A DNA stretch of 25,210 bases from Phycisphaerales bacterium (GCA_027451365.1 DAIDJN010000015.1:1-25210), one strand, 5' to 3'; positions 9,162 through 19,046 are shown, counted from the stretch's first letter. Numbers and translations are program-made. The notes: generated by a model from the sequence alone, not told the origin.

Positions 9162-10535
9162 ATGATCAGCCGAGTGATTGATTCCGTCAGCGAGCGTCTG
9201 TCTCCGCCAACAATCGGACGGCTTTACGATTCCATTCCGCCCATAGCGCTGCAGTTTATGCAGCAGTTGAGGTTCCGCCAGACGGTACGGTATGCCGCAA
9301 AACATTCGCGCTTCTATCGCGAGGCATTCGCTCGCCGTGGCATAAACGCCGCCGCGGTGCGGCGTCCCGCGGACTTAGGGGATTTTTATACCACTCCGGA
9401 CGATATTGTCGCGGATCCCCAGGCTTTTATCTGCGCAAAACCATCCATTGTGTTTGAGTCTTCCGGCACCAGCGGTAAAAATAAGCAGGTCTATTACAGT
9501 CAGGCGGAGTTGAATGATATCGGGCAGATGATGGCCGCCGGCCTGGGTATAATGGGCATCACACCGGAAGACCGGGTGGCGAACGGATTTGATTTTTCCA
9601 TGTGGATTCCCGGAATGCTGGCTCATTATGCGCTGATGCGTTCGGGAAATTTCTGCATGGCCTTTGGAAAAGTTGACCCGCGGGAAGTCTATCGCCGCCT
9701 GAGGCAATATGGATTTACCGTGATCCTTGGCGAACCCACGTGGCTGATACGGCTGACCGAAATTGCCGAAAAGGAAGGCGCGGTTCCGCTTAAACTTCTC
9801 ATTGGCGGTGCCGAGGAAATGCCCCCGGACGCGGTGCCCTGGATGAAACAGGTCTGGCAAGGCGCGCAGGTTCGCATGGGCTACGGCAGCGTGGAACTCG
9901 GCGGGTCGCTGGGTTATCAGCCCTGTGATCAATTCGATGGCTACCATGTGGACGACTACGATTTTCTTCCCGAAATCCTGGAGCCGAACGCCGAAGGATT
10001 CGGCGAACTTTTGTTTACCACATTGCGGCGGCGGGTGATGCCGCTGATTCGCTATCGCAGCCGCGACATCACTCGATTGATTTCCGGCAGATGCCCGTGC
10101 GGCCATCACGGCATGCGAATGAACCGGCTCCGCGGAAGGTGCGATGAAATGGTGGTGGCCAGCGGTGGCAACCTGTATCCGCTAATGTTTGAAAATATTC
10201 TTCAGAGCGTGCGCGGCCATACCCATGACTGGCAGGTGGTGTTCCGGCTGGAGGGCATTCGGGAAATACTCGAGTTAAATGTGGAAGCCGAGACCGACCA
10301 GACAGATCACGCGGTTCTGCGGTCTGATATTCACCGTCATGCCGCGGAACTGTATCCGGACCTGATGAAAAACCTGGCGATCGGCATTTTTGACATGCAC
10401 ATATCCGTGCACAAAGCCGGTTCGCTTCGCGTATCGCGAAAGCTCAAGCGGATGGTGGATCTTCGCTATGTCACGTCGGCACCCCCGGACCCTCGACCGG
10501 ACAAAAATGCGCTTGCGGAGTCGCTTCATGCCTGA
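9162..10535 (+). CDS. Phenylacetate-CoA ligase (PaaK/F390 synthetase)-like adenylate-forming enzyme
   Basis: SRFYRE, P-loop ESSGTSG, GYGSVELG, GELLFTTL, MPLIRYRSRD, CPCG, RGRCDEM. GGGGAG RBS precedes ATG 9162; alternative start 9141. Confidence 0.88.
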   Translation: MISRVIDSVSERLSPPTIGRLYDSIPPIALQFMQQLRFRQTVRYAAKHSRFYREAFARRGINAAAVRRPADLGDFYTTPDDIVADPQAFICAKPSIVFESSGTSGKNKQVYYSQAELNDIGQMMAAGLGIMGITPEDRVANGFDFSMWIPGMLAHYALMRSGNFCMAFGKVDPREVYRRLRQYGFTVILGEPTWLIRLTEIAEKEGAVPLKLLIGGAEEMPPDAVPWMKQVWQGAQVRMGYGSVELGGSLGYQPCDQFDGYHVDDYDFLPEILEPNAEGFGELLFTTLRRRVMPLIRYRSRDITRLISGRCPCGHHGMRMNRLRGRCDEMVVASGGNLYPLMFENILQSVRGHTHDWQVVFRLEGIREILELNVEAETDQTDHAVLRSDIHRHAAELYPDLMKNLAIGIFDMHISVHKAGSLRVSRKLKRMVDLRYVTSAPPDPRPDKNALAESLHA

Positions 10536-11256
10536 ACGTCACAAACTGCTGATTGTCGGCGACAGCATATCGCTGGGAGTGGCGGAATTGCGCATCAGCG
10601 AAATTGCAGGCTATGTCAAGCCCGTCTACACTGATATTCTGCAAGCTGAAATGACAGATATAGATATTCATGTAGATGCAGATATTCATCGCACCACCGG
10701 CAACGCCCTGGGTATTTTAGATTCGCTGTTTGAAACGCATACCCCGGATGTGGCGCTGATTATGCTCGGCGGCAATGATGCGGATGTGGAATGGCGGCGA
10801 TTTGTCATCAGTTCCGGACGCATCGTCCGCAACCGTGTGCCTGTGGAAACCTACGCCGAAAATCTTGAGGCTATCGCGCGCAAGGCACACGCGGCCGGCG
10901 TTTGGCCAGTGCTTACCGACATGCCCAATCATTATCTGGCGGTGCGGGGACCCTATCTTTCCGCCCTTAGCGGAAAGGACGTGACCGCCATGATCGCCGC
11001 CAGCGGCGGCCAGGAACGCTCGGACGCGGGCCTGCAGGTTTACCGCGAAGCCGCGGCCCAGGTCGCCGGGCGAGTCGGTTGTTCTTTTGTTGATTACGGC
11101 CAGACCCTTCATGAGCAGCCTTTGGCGGCGATGTCCGGTATCGACGGTGTACACCCCAGCGCCGAGGCGCATCAGATAATTGCAGCGCGGCTGGCACCCG
11201 TGCTGCGCGAACTGCTGGCCCCAGGCCGGGTTCCCCTGCGAAGGATGCCCGCATGA
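10528..11256 (+). CDS. SGNH/GDSL hydrolase (esterase/acyltransferase)
   Basis: Block I IVGDSIS, block III LGGND, block V DGVHP. ATG 10528 with GGAG RBS overlaps the upstream stop by 8 nt. Confidence 0.9.
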   Translation: MPERHKLLIVGDSISLGVAELRISEIAGYVKPVYTDILQAEMTDIDIHVDADIHRTTGNALGILDSLFETHTPDVALIMLGGNDADVEWRRFVISSGRIVRNRVPVETYAENLEAIARKAHAAGVWPVLTDMPNHYLAVRGPYLSALSGKDVTAMIAASGGQERSDAGLQVYREAAAQVAGRVGCSFVDYGQTLHEQPLAAMSGIDGVHPSAEAHQIIAARLAPVLRELLAPGRVPLRRMPA

Positions 11257-11732
11257 CCACCGGAAGTCCGCATCCGGGACGGCGACGGCCTTTGCTGTTT
11301 CTGGGCCTTTTTCTCGCTATTGCGCTGGATACCACGGTACAGGTTTTCTGGAAGGCGTCCGTTCCGCTGGATGGTCGGCCGCTGGCGCTTCTGACCGGAA
11401 CCCTGGTCAAGCCGCTGTTTATTGCCAGTATGGTTCTGCATGTATGGCAATTATTTAACTGGATGATGGTTCTGGCGCTGGCGGATTTGAGCTTTGCCCA
11501 GCCGATTACCGCACTTAGTTATGTCACGGTGACCGCCTGCGCGGCTTTGTTCTTTCATGAGCAAATAGGCCCGCGGGAATTGGTCGGAATTCTGCTGGTA
11601 CTGGTTGGCGTGGCGCTGGTCAGCCGCACAGCCCGCCCGGCGGGACCCGTTCCCAGCGCCGCGCCTCCGAAGAATTATGGCGGGACAATCCCCGAAGCAG
11701 CCAACCGAACCGACGCGGGAGATTTATCATGA
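11253..11732 (+). CDS. Small 4-TM DMT/EamA (SMR, ArnE/ArnF-like) membrane protein
   Basis: Four hydrophobic helices; DLSFAQPITALSYV...FFHEQI...GILLVLVGV typical of the ArnE/F-like family; ATGA overlap with the SGNH gene. Confidence 0.85.
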   Translation: MTTGSPHPGRRRPLLFLGLFLAIALDTTVQVFWKASVPLDGRPLALLTGTLVKPLFIASMVLHVWQLFNWMMVLALADLSFAQPITALSYVTVTACAALFFHEQIGPRELVGILLVLVGVALVSRTARPAGPVPSAAPPKNYGGTIPEAANRTDAGDLS

Positions 11733-12124
11733 TTTCCGCCCCGCCCCCCTTTGATTCCACGCTGACCGGTTTACTATGCGTGGCAGTGGCGATAGTACTG
11801 GAAACGACCGGCCAACTGACGTTGAAAATCGGGACCCGAAACATGGCTCATGGCGCGGGGGCCATGTTTCGACGGATATGCACGAACCTGTGGGTTCAGT
11901 TGGCGATTGCGTCATTTTTAACCGAAGCGGTTTTCTGGACCTGGACGCTGCATCTGCTGCCGCTGTCGGTGGCCTTTCCGATGGGCAGCGCCTGCTTTGT
12001 CACCGTGGCCATATGCTCCGCATGGTTTCTGGACGAAAAAATAAATTGGCAGCGCTGGCTGGGCATCGGTTTGATCCTTTGCGGCGTGATATTGATTGGC
12101 AGCCATGGACGGGTGATCGGATAA
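11729..12124 (+). CDS. Small 4-TM DMT/EamA (SMR, ArnE/ArnF-like) membrane protein
   Basis: ETTGQLTLK, LPLSVAFPMGS, FLDEKINWQRWLGIGLILCGV; ATGA overlap with the preceding paralog. Confidence 0.87.
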   Translation: MISAPPPFDSTLTGLLCVAVAIVLETTGQLTLKIGTRNMAHGAGAMFRRICTNLWVQLAIASFLTEAVFWTWTLHLLPLSVAFPMGSACFVTVAICSAWFLDEKINWQRWLGIGLILCGVILIGSHGRVIG

Positions 12125-12297
12125 CCGTTGCACCATGCCCTCGACCGATCATGGCGACACGCGGGCGATCGCTTGTGAATCCACCGCCGAATTTCTATAG
12201 TTATGAAACGGTATTGGAAGTATGAAAGCTGAATACCGGTGGTTGGCCGCGATGCGGCAGCCGGACGCAACTTTCCAGGCCCGCAGAGGATGAAACT

Positions 12298-13518
12298 TTG
12301 GTCAGAAAAACAGAAACCTGTTCAGAAAGCGATTCAGCATCTTCTTCGACTCGAACAGGCAGGCACCGTCGAATTGCCATTCTAGGAAGTACCGGTTCAA
12401 TCGGCGTAAGCACCTTGGACGTGGTTTCACATCTGGGGCGACCATACAAAGTCGCCGCCCTTGCCGCGGCGCGCAGTTGGCGCAAGCTCGCAGATCAGGC
12501 CCTGGCAGTGCGGCCGGCGACGGTGGTATTAAGTTCTCCGGAAAATTCAGCGGATGTCGCATCCCTTAAGCAGGCGCTTAAAGGCCAGCGCACCCGCATA
12601 TGCAGCGGCCCCGAAGCGATGGAAGACATTGCCCGATCACCCGAAGTGGATATTGTTTCCGCCTCCGTGGTGGGTGCGGCCGGACTTAAGCCGGTGCTTG
12701 CCGCGGCCAAAGCGGGCAAATGGATTGCCCTGTCAAATAAGGAGGCGCTCGTCGTGGCCGGGTCGCTGGTGATGCCGCTGATAAAAAAGCATCACGCCCG
12801 CTTGCTTCCGGTGGACAGCGAACATTCCGCCATTTTTCAGGCCCTGCGCAGCGGCGAACCAAAAGAAATCCGAAAAATTATTTTGACCGCCAGCGGCGGT
12901 CCGTTCCGCACCTGGCCGGTCGCAAAACGCGACAAAGCCACGGTGGCCGAGGCACTGAATCATCCCAATTGGAGCATGGGTCCGAAAATCACGATCGATT
13001 CGGCCACACTTATGAACAAAGCTCTGGAGATTATTGAAGCACACTGGCTGTTTGGCCTGCCCGCGGACCGCATTGAAGTACTGATTCATCCCCAGTCGAT
13101 TATTCATTCGATGATAGAATTTGTGGATGGCAGCATTATCGCGCAATTGGGTACGCCGGATATGCGCACCGCCATTCAATATGCCTTAACCCATCCGAGT
13201 CGGTATAATGGCTGTTCGCACCGATTGGACTGGTCAAAGCTCAAGGAAATGACTTTTGAACAGCCCCGCGACCGTTTCCCGGCTTTGGAAATCGGTTTTC
13301 AAGTGATTCGTCGCGGCGGGACGTCCGGCGCGGTGGTCAACGCGGCCAACGAAGTCGCCAATGAACTGTTCCGCGCCGGGAAAATTCCATTCGGCCAGAT
13401 TGTCAGCCGAACGGCCCGCGTGCTGGAACGGCATTTGCGTTCCGGATTTATTGCCCGACCCGGCCTGGAGGAACTTCTGGCGGCGGATGAATGGGCACGC
13501 AATGAGGTACTCGGATGA
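12298..13518 (+). CDS. dxr: 1-deoxy-D-xylulose 5-phosphate reductoisomerase
   Basis: ILGSTGSIG, LSNKE, LPVDSEHSAIFQ, LTASGGPFR, HPNWSMGPKITIDSATLMNKALE, HPQSIIHS, NAANEVA; TTG start after an AGAGGA RBS. Confidence 0.98.
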   Translation: MVRKTETCSESDSASSSTRTGRHRRIAILGSTGSIGVSTLDVVSHLGRPYKVAALAAARSWRKLADQALAVRPATVVLSSPENSADVASLKQALKGQRTRICSGPEAMEDIARSPEVDIVSASVVGAAGLKPVLAAAKAGKWIALSNKEALVVAGSLVMPLIKKHHARLLPVDSEHSAIFQALRSGEPKEIRKIILTASGGPFRTWPVAKRDKATVAEALNHPNWSMGPKITIDSATLMNKALEIIEAHWLFGLPADRIEVLIHPQSIIHSMIEFVDGSIIAQLGTPDMRTAIQYALTHPSRYNGCSHRLDWSKLKEMTFEQPRDRFPALEIGFQVIRRGGTSGAVVNAANEVANELFRAGKIPFGQIVSRTARVLERHLRSGFIARPGLEELLAADEWARNEVLG

Positions 13519-15635
13519 AAGTGTTGAATCAGGCGGATATTTCCCACCGTATTTACAAACGTCTACTGGGCGGCAGATTGGTCCTTTGGACTGTGGCATT
13601 TCCCCTGCTGACGGGCGCAACCCTTTTAAGTTCCCTGGATTCCATGCGGAAAATGGTTCTGCTGTTCGTTGGCTTTGGGTCCGTTGTATTCTTCCATGAA
13701 CTGGGACACTTTCTGGCGGCAAAATCTTTCGGTATTCGATGTGATGTTTTCGCACTGGGCATCGGACCGCGCTTATGCGGCTGGCGCAAGGGCAGAGGCT
13801 TTTCATTCGGTAATGTGCCCATCGGACCGGACGAATCCCCCGACGCAGACGCGGGATCCGCCGCGACCGCCTCGGTAGCCAAAGCCCGCAGACCCGCGCT
13901 GGGGGAAACAGATTATCGTCTGGCATGGCTTCCGTTCGGCGGCTATGTGCGCATGCTGGGCCAGGATGACATGGACCCGACAAAAATAAGCACCGATCCG
14001 GCCTCCTTCGGACAAAAGCCGATCTGGCAGCGAATGATTGTTATTTCCGCGGGCGTCATTATGAACCTGATTTTCGCGGTGGTATTGTTCGCCATCATAT
14101 TCCGGGAGGGCGTAAAATTTCCGCCGGCCATTGTTGGCGCTGTGGCATGGAACAGCCCAGCGGCTAAGGCGGGGCTGCACGTGGGCGATAAAATTGTTGC
14201 AATTAATGGCAAAAAGCCGCTTGGCTTTCTGGAATTTACCGACTTGGGCACCGCGGCGGCGCTGGATGCGCCAGGAAGTCCCGTGGATATCACGTATACC
14301 GGACCGAATGGAGGCCCGATTCGCAATGCCTCCATGGTGCCGGTTGCGGACCCGGGCACCGGACTGCTGGCGTTTGGCATCGGCGAAACGCTGGAACTTA
14401 AAACGGCCATCTTCTCGAAGAAAACGCTGGCGGCGCTGGTTAAAATCAAGCCGGAATTCAGAGGCATGCTGTCTGATGCGCGGGTAGCTTCGGTCAATGG
14501 AATAAAGCTGAAAAACTGGACCCAATTTCATAATCTAATTCAGGCCTCCGGTGGAAAGACCATGCATATTACCCTGGTCCGAACCGGAAAAACCGCGCGC
14601 ACTTCGGTGCTCTCCTTACGGCCAGAGTTGACGCTTCGCGACTGGGTCGCAAAAACGCCATCGATTTTAGGGTTGCAGCCGTTTACAAAAATTGCGGCGG
14701 TTCTGCCCGATTCACCAGCGAAAAAGGCAGGGCTGAAAGCGAAAGATGTGATCGCACGCTATGGAAATGTGGCATTTCCCAGCAGCGGCCAACTGGCTAA
14801 ACTCGTCGGTGCCGACGCGGGAAAGCCGGTTAAAATCCTGGTGCTGCGCGGCGGCAAAAAACTTCGACTGACGGTCACGCCGGAAAAAGGGGTGTTTACG
14901 CCAGCGCGAATTGGTGTTGAAATGGAGCCAGATTTTTCAGTACCGATGTACGGTGCGGTAACCAAGGCGGATGCTTCGGCGGGAATTCAGCCGGGCGGCA
15001 TCATCACTGGATTGACATTGGGCGGGAACACGAACTCCATTATCGCTATAAAAAACTGGAGTGACCTGGTAAACGCACTGCGCGGCTTCTCCGGCCATAC
15101 GGTTAAACTTGAAATGGCCAGCGGCAACCCGGCCACCTTGGCCTTCACCACCGCTGATCGCAAGGCCCTTGGCCAATTTACCTACCAGCTTGGCCTGCCG
15201 CTTATGCCGCTGAAATTGCCCCAAAAAGCGGACACGCTCGGCGGCGCCATCGCCATGGGCATTGCCCACACAAAAAGCTGGATACTTCGCACCTACCTGA
15301 CTTTGCGCGGACTTGGCGTGGGTTCCATTTCGCCGCACCAGTTGCACAGCGTCATCGGCATTGCCAAATACGGTTACGAAATTGAAAGCAATGGATTCAT
15401 GTATCTGCTTTTCTTTCTCGGACTTATTTCAGTGAATCTGGCAGTGATCAACTTTTTGCCGCTGCCTATTCTGGATGGCGGACTGTTCGTACTGCTGATA
15501 GTGGAGAAATTCCGCGGCCGGCCGCTGCCGGTCAAGGTACAAACCGTCATTCAAGTGGTTGGTATCGCCCTGATCGGCGGCCTGTTTTTGTATGTCACTA
15601 TTTTTAATGACCTGCCCACGTTGTTCGGGCATTAA
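13515..15635 (+). CDS. rseP: RIP zinc metalloprotease RseP (M50) with expanded PDZ region
   Basis: HELGH zinc motif, LPFGGYVRM, AGVIMN, PDZ motifs (SPAAKAGL, SPAKKAGL), NFLPLPILDGG; ATGA-coupled to dxr as in the conserved dxr-rseP order. Confidence 0.95.
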   Translation: MKVLNQADISHRIYKRLLGGRLVLWTVAFPLLTGATLLSSLDSMRKMVLLFVGFGSVVFFHELGHFLAAKSFGIRCDVFALGIGPRLCGWRKGRGFSFGNVPIGPDESPDADAGSAATASVAKARRPALGETDYRLAWLPFGGYVRMLGQDDMDPTKISTDPASFGQKPIWQRMIVISAGVIMNLIFAVVLFAIIFREGVKFPPAIVGAVAWNSPAAKAGLHVGDKIVAINGKKPLGFLEFTDLGTAAALDAPGSPVDITYTGPNGGPIRNASMVPVADPGTGLLAFGIGETLELKTAIFSKKTLAALVKIKPEFRGMLSDARVASVNGIKLKNWTQFHNLIQASGGKTMHITLVRTGKTARTSVLSLRPELTLRDWVAKTPSILGLQPFTKIAAVLPDSPAKKAGLKAKDVIARYGNVAFPSSGQLAKLVGADAGKPVKILVLRGGKKLRLTVTPEKGVFTPARIGVEMEPDFSVPMYGAVTKADASAGIQPGGIITGLTLGGNTNSIIAIKNWSDLVNALRGFSGHTVKLEMASGNPATLAFTTADRKALGQFTYQLGLPLMPLKLPQKADTLGGAIAMGIAHTKSWILRTYLTLRGLGVGSISPHQLHSVIGIAKYGYEIESNGFMYLLFFLGLISVNLAVINFLPLPILDGGLFVLLIVEKFRGRPLPVKVQTVIQVVGIALIGGLFLYVTIFNDLPTLFGH

Positions 15636-15717
15636 CCGCCCACGGCCACGCCCGGGACAGGCCGCCCGAGAAGTCGACCGCGGACGATTATGAATTATCA
15701 CAGGGGAAAGACCGGCA

Positions 15718-16995
15718 ATGATCTGTTCGCTGCTTGACATTCAGGGCCAGCAAACGGCGTTGACGCATTTGCAGCGTGTCTTATCTGGTGACCGGATGGC
15801 ATCCACCTGGATTTTCGCCGGACCGGAAGGCGTGGGAAAATATACGACTGCATTGGCACTGGCGCGCGTCAAGCTTTGCGCGAATCCCCGGAAAATCCCC
15901 AATCAGATCGACGGCCAGCCCCGTGTAGCCGCACTTGGCCCGGAATTCATGTTGACCGATGGCTGCGGCCAATGTGCGTCGTGCCATGCAATGGAATCCG
16001 GTTCGCATCCGGACCTGCATCTGGTGCATCGGAGGCTGGCACGGTTTCACGATCGGGCGGGAAAATCAAAAGCCACCACGCTTGGAATTGATGTCATTCG
16101 GGGTGAAATAACCGGCAATGCCTCACCCGAAAACCGTGTGGAATCAAAACTCTACACGCGGGCCAAACTTGGCCGCGGCAAATGGTTTATTATTGATGAA
16201 GCCGACCTGATGCAGGCTGTTGCCCAAAACGCATTGCTTAAGGCACTTGAAGAACCCCCTGCGGGCACCTATATCGTGCTTATTACCGCCAGCCCGTATG
16301 AGTTGCTTTCCACCATTCGCAGCCGATCGCAACTGATCGAATTCAGGTCCTTGCCGATGGACGTTCTGGCCACCCCGCTGATAGCCCGCGGCCTGAGCGA
16401 ATTGCAGGCACGGCAATTGGCACGGATCAGCGAGGGGAGTCTGGGACGGGCCTTGCAATGGCTTTCAGCCAAAACGGAGGATTCTTCTGACGGTGATGAA
16501 GCGGAGTCTTCGACACCGAGAGTCGTCGACGCCAAGCGCCCGGGAACAGCCAGATCAGCCGAATCAAACCGCGACAGTTCGCCGCAGGTTCTTGCCTGGA
16601 TAAACCAGATTGGAACCACACTGGACAAAGTGGCATCTCAACAGCTTGGCGGCATGGCCCTTGCGGATGCTTTAGGGAAATGCGCTGAACAATACGCCCG
16701 AATTGGAATGGAAACCGATCCGCTGGCCTCGCGCGATCGGCTGGCGCGAGATGGTGTGATGACCATGCTCGGCTTCACCGCCGAATGGCTTGATGACCGA
16801 ATGCGGATGGCCATTGGAACATTGGTGCGAGCTCCACTACCATCAGTCATGCGCGGAATCGATCCGAATCAGATTCAGCAATGTGTCAATATATGCCACA
16901 CAGCGGAACGACAGGTGGATCAGAACGCGCACGTCGGACTGCTGCTGGCGAGTACCGCAACTGCGCTGGAGCATTCGCTTCGCGCTGGATCGTAA
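15718..16995 (+). CDS. holB: DNA polymerase III delta-prime subunit
   Basis: DIQGQ, FAGPEGVGK, zinc module C...CGQCASC, HPDLH, IIDEADLM, AQNALLKALEEPP, LLSTIRSR. Confidence 0.9.
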   Translation: MICSLLDIQGQQTALTHLQRVLSGDRMASTWIFAGPEGVGKYTTALALARVKLCANPRKIPNQIDGQPRVAALGPEFMLTDGCGQCASCHAMESGSHPDLHLVHRRLARFHDRAGKSKATTLGIDVIRGEITGNASPENRVESKLYTRAKLGRGKWFIIDEADLMQAVAQNALLKALEEPPAGTYIVLITASPYELLSTIRSRSQLIEFRSLPMDVLATPLIARGLSELQARQLARISEGSLGRALQWLSAKTEDSSDGDEAESSTPRVVDAKRPGTARSAESNRDSSPQVLAWINQIGTTLDKVASQQLGGMALADALGKCAEQYARIGMETDPLASRDRLARDGVMTMLGFTAEWLDDRMRMAIGTLVRAPLPSVMRGIDPNQIQQCVNICHTAERQVDQNAHVGLLLASTATALEHSLRAGS

Positions 16996-17112
16996 AATGC
17001 AAATTGTCGGCTGATTCAGGCTGCATAAAAACCAATTCCGTCGGTTCATTAAGCCCATTCGGTGCCAGAATCGACGGCGAAATTCAACAGGTAATTGAAT
17101 AATGGTGGTCCA

Positions 17113-18264
17113 ATGCGTCCGGCAAAAATATCAGAAAAAGTTTACCAGTATCTGAGACGCGGCATGGAAACCGGCCGATTCCGCATCGCGGAAAAGATAC
17201 CAACAGAACGCGACCTGGCGACCCAGTTTGGGACTTCACGGCCAACCGTTGCACGGGCGATTCACAGGCTGGTTGCCGAGAAACTGATCCGGCGCCACGG
17301 CAAGGGTGGATCCACCGTCATTGCCGCGCCGGAACGCCGACGGCTGGTATTCGGGGCGGCAATGCTGGGGCTGGCGATCCATCACCAGGAAGAAACCGTT
17401 TGTGATCTGGTGGCCAAGGAACTGGCGAAACAGCTTGAACTGGAAAGCGCAAAGGCCCTGTTCCAGGATCCATCATGGGGTGATGATCCTGGCGAAACTG
17501 GAGTAACCGATCGATTCAGGGCGATTGCACGGGAATTTATCAGCAGCCGCGTGGCGGGCGTTTTTTTGATGCCCCAGGAAATTCTGACGGACCAGTTTAT
17601 TTCTCCGACCATGGCGGTCGCTCAGGATTTTCAAGATGCTTCTATTCCAATGGTGTTGATAGATCGTGACCTGGTCCGTTACCCGGCCCGCAGCGAATTG
17701 GACCTGGTTGGGATAGATAACCTCGGTGCCGGTTACACACTGGCAAACCATTTTTTCGATTTGGGCTGCCGTAGAATAGATTTTCTGGCGCATTTCACGC
17801 GCGTACCGACACAGGAATCACGTATAGATGGCTATCTTCGGGCCTTGGAGTTCCACGGTTTGCGCGCAGATTCCGCAGGTGTAATACATGGAAATTTGTT
17901 TGATCGGGAGTTTGTCATCAGCACGCTGCGCCGCCGGCGGCCGGAGGCCGTGCTGGTTGTAAGCGATTCGCGAGCCGCTTCGGTCATGCGTTTTGCCCTT
18001 GAGGCGGGTATTAAAATCCCGGAAGAACTGCGTATTGGCAGTTTTGACGACCTGCCAATGGCAGCCCATTTGCCTGTCCCTCTGACTACAATCCGGCAAC
18101 CCGCGGCAGGCGTGGCTTCTGTGGCGCTCCGCACAATGTTCCAACGGATCAGTGATCCCGATTTACCTCCCCTGCACTGCGAATTAAACGGCGAACTTAT
18201 CGTGCGACAGTCTTCCGGAAAACCGGTGATTGCAACGTCATTCCGTGCGCACAGAAGGAAATAA
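17113..18264 (+). CDS. GntR-wHTH / LacI-type sugar-binding domain transcriptional regulator (AraR-like architecture)
   Basis: IPTERDLATQFGTSRPTVARA wHTH; C-terminal PMVLIDR, VGIDNLGAG, IPEELRIGSFDD, PLTTIRQP, LIVRQSS. ATG 17113 preferred over TTG 17095. Confidence 0.93.
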   Translation: MRPAKISEKVYQYLRRGMETGRFRIAEKIPTERDLATQFGTSRPTVARAIHRLVAEKLIRRHGKGGSTVIAAPERRRLVFGAAMLGLAIHHQEETVCDLVAKELAKQLELESAKALFQDPSWGDDPGETGVTDRFRAIAREFISSRVAGVFLMPQEILTDQFISPTMAVAQDFQDASIPMVLIDRDLVRYPARSELDLVGIDNLGAGYTLANHFFDLGCRRIDFLAHFTRVPTQESRIDGYLRALEFHGLRADSAGVIHGNLFDREFVISTLRRRRPEAVLVVSDSRAASVMRFALEAGIKIPEELRIGSFDDLPMAAHLPVPLTTIRQPAAGVASVALRTMFQRISDPDLPPLHCELNGELIVRQSSGKPVIATSFRAHRRK

Positions 18265-19028
18265 GCAGGCGACGAAGCCGATGAATGGACCCGATGCCCA
18301 TTAACTGGGACCAGATTCCACACATCGGCAGCACGATATTGGCGCGGCGCGTTTTTTATTCGCAATGCACGCGTATGAATTCGGCAACCTGCTCGTACAA
18401 ATTCGCATGGCCGCCGGGATATTCCGAGCAGGCATTAGGCCAGGGGTTCATACTCAGGAAGCTTGTGTGGCCAGATGAATTTACATACATCGTTCATCCG
18501 GGAACGCGGAAACACCATCCTGTAGCAATCCGTGATTTGGCTCTCCTGGCGTAGAAACCATAAGCGGCAGAAGCGGGTGAAACCGAAACTTATACGTGAT
18601 AGCGTTGGCTGCCTCGCAGGACGTATTATATGGTAAACTTATTTCAATTGGTTTTCGACACTTCATTCTCAATTTAATTCCCTGTGAATGCGCGAATGAC
18701 CTTCCATCTAAAACACCATATTTCTCGTTGTTTGTCGATTATTTTACCGTTTACGCCTGCGGATTCGCTAAGCATGTGATACACGATTACATTAAGACTT
18801 CGACCGATAATATGGCAACATAATCCCAAATTAGCCATTTTAAGTCTTGAATCTCATCGCAATAGGTTTATATTCAATCTTGTGAGTTCTAAGCACCTCG
18901 GATGGCCCGGCATTTCAAAAAGGGCTATTCGAAATTTGTCTGAGATCTTGGTTTGGGCACGTTGCCGCCGCGGCGGATGACGGGCCTGAAAATAAGGGTT
19001 GTCAGCGCATGCGATACGAATTGCAGTA

Positions 19029-19046
19029 TAAAGCCGATCGGCTTTA
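19029..19046. promoter_or_regulatory. Perfect 18-bp palindrome, candidate operator
   Basis: TAAAGCCGATCGGCTTTA is its own reverse complement and lies 260 bp upstream of the PEP-CTERM gene. Confidence 0.45.
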
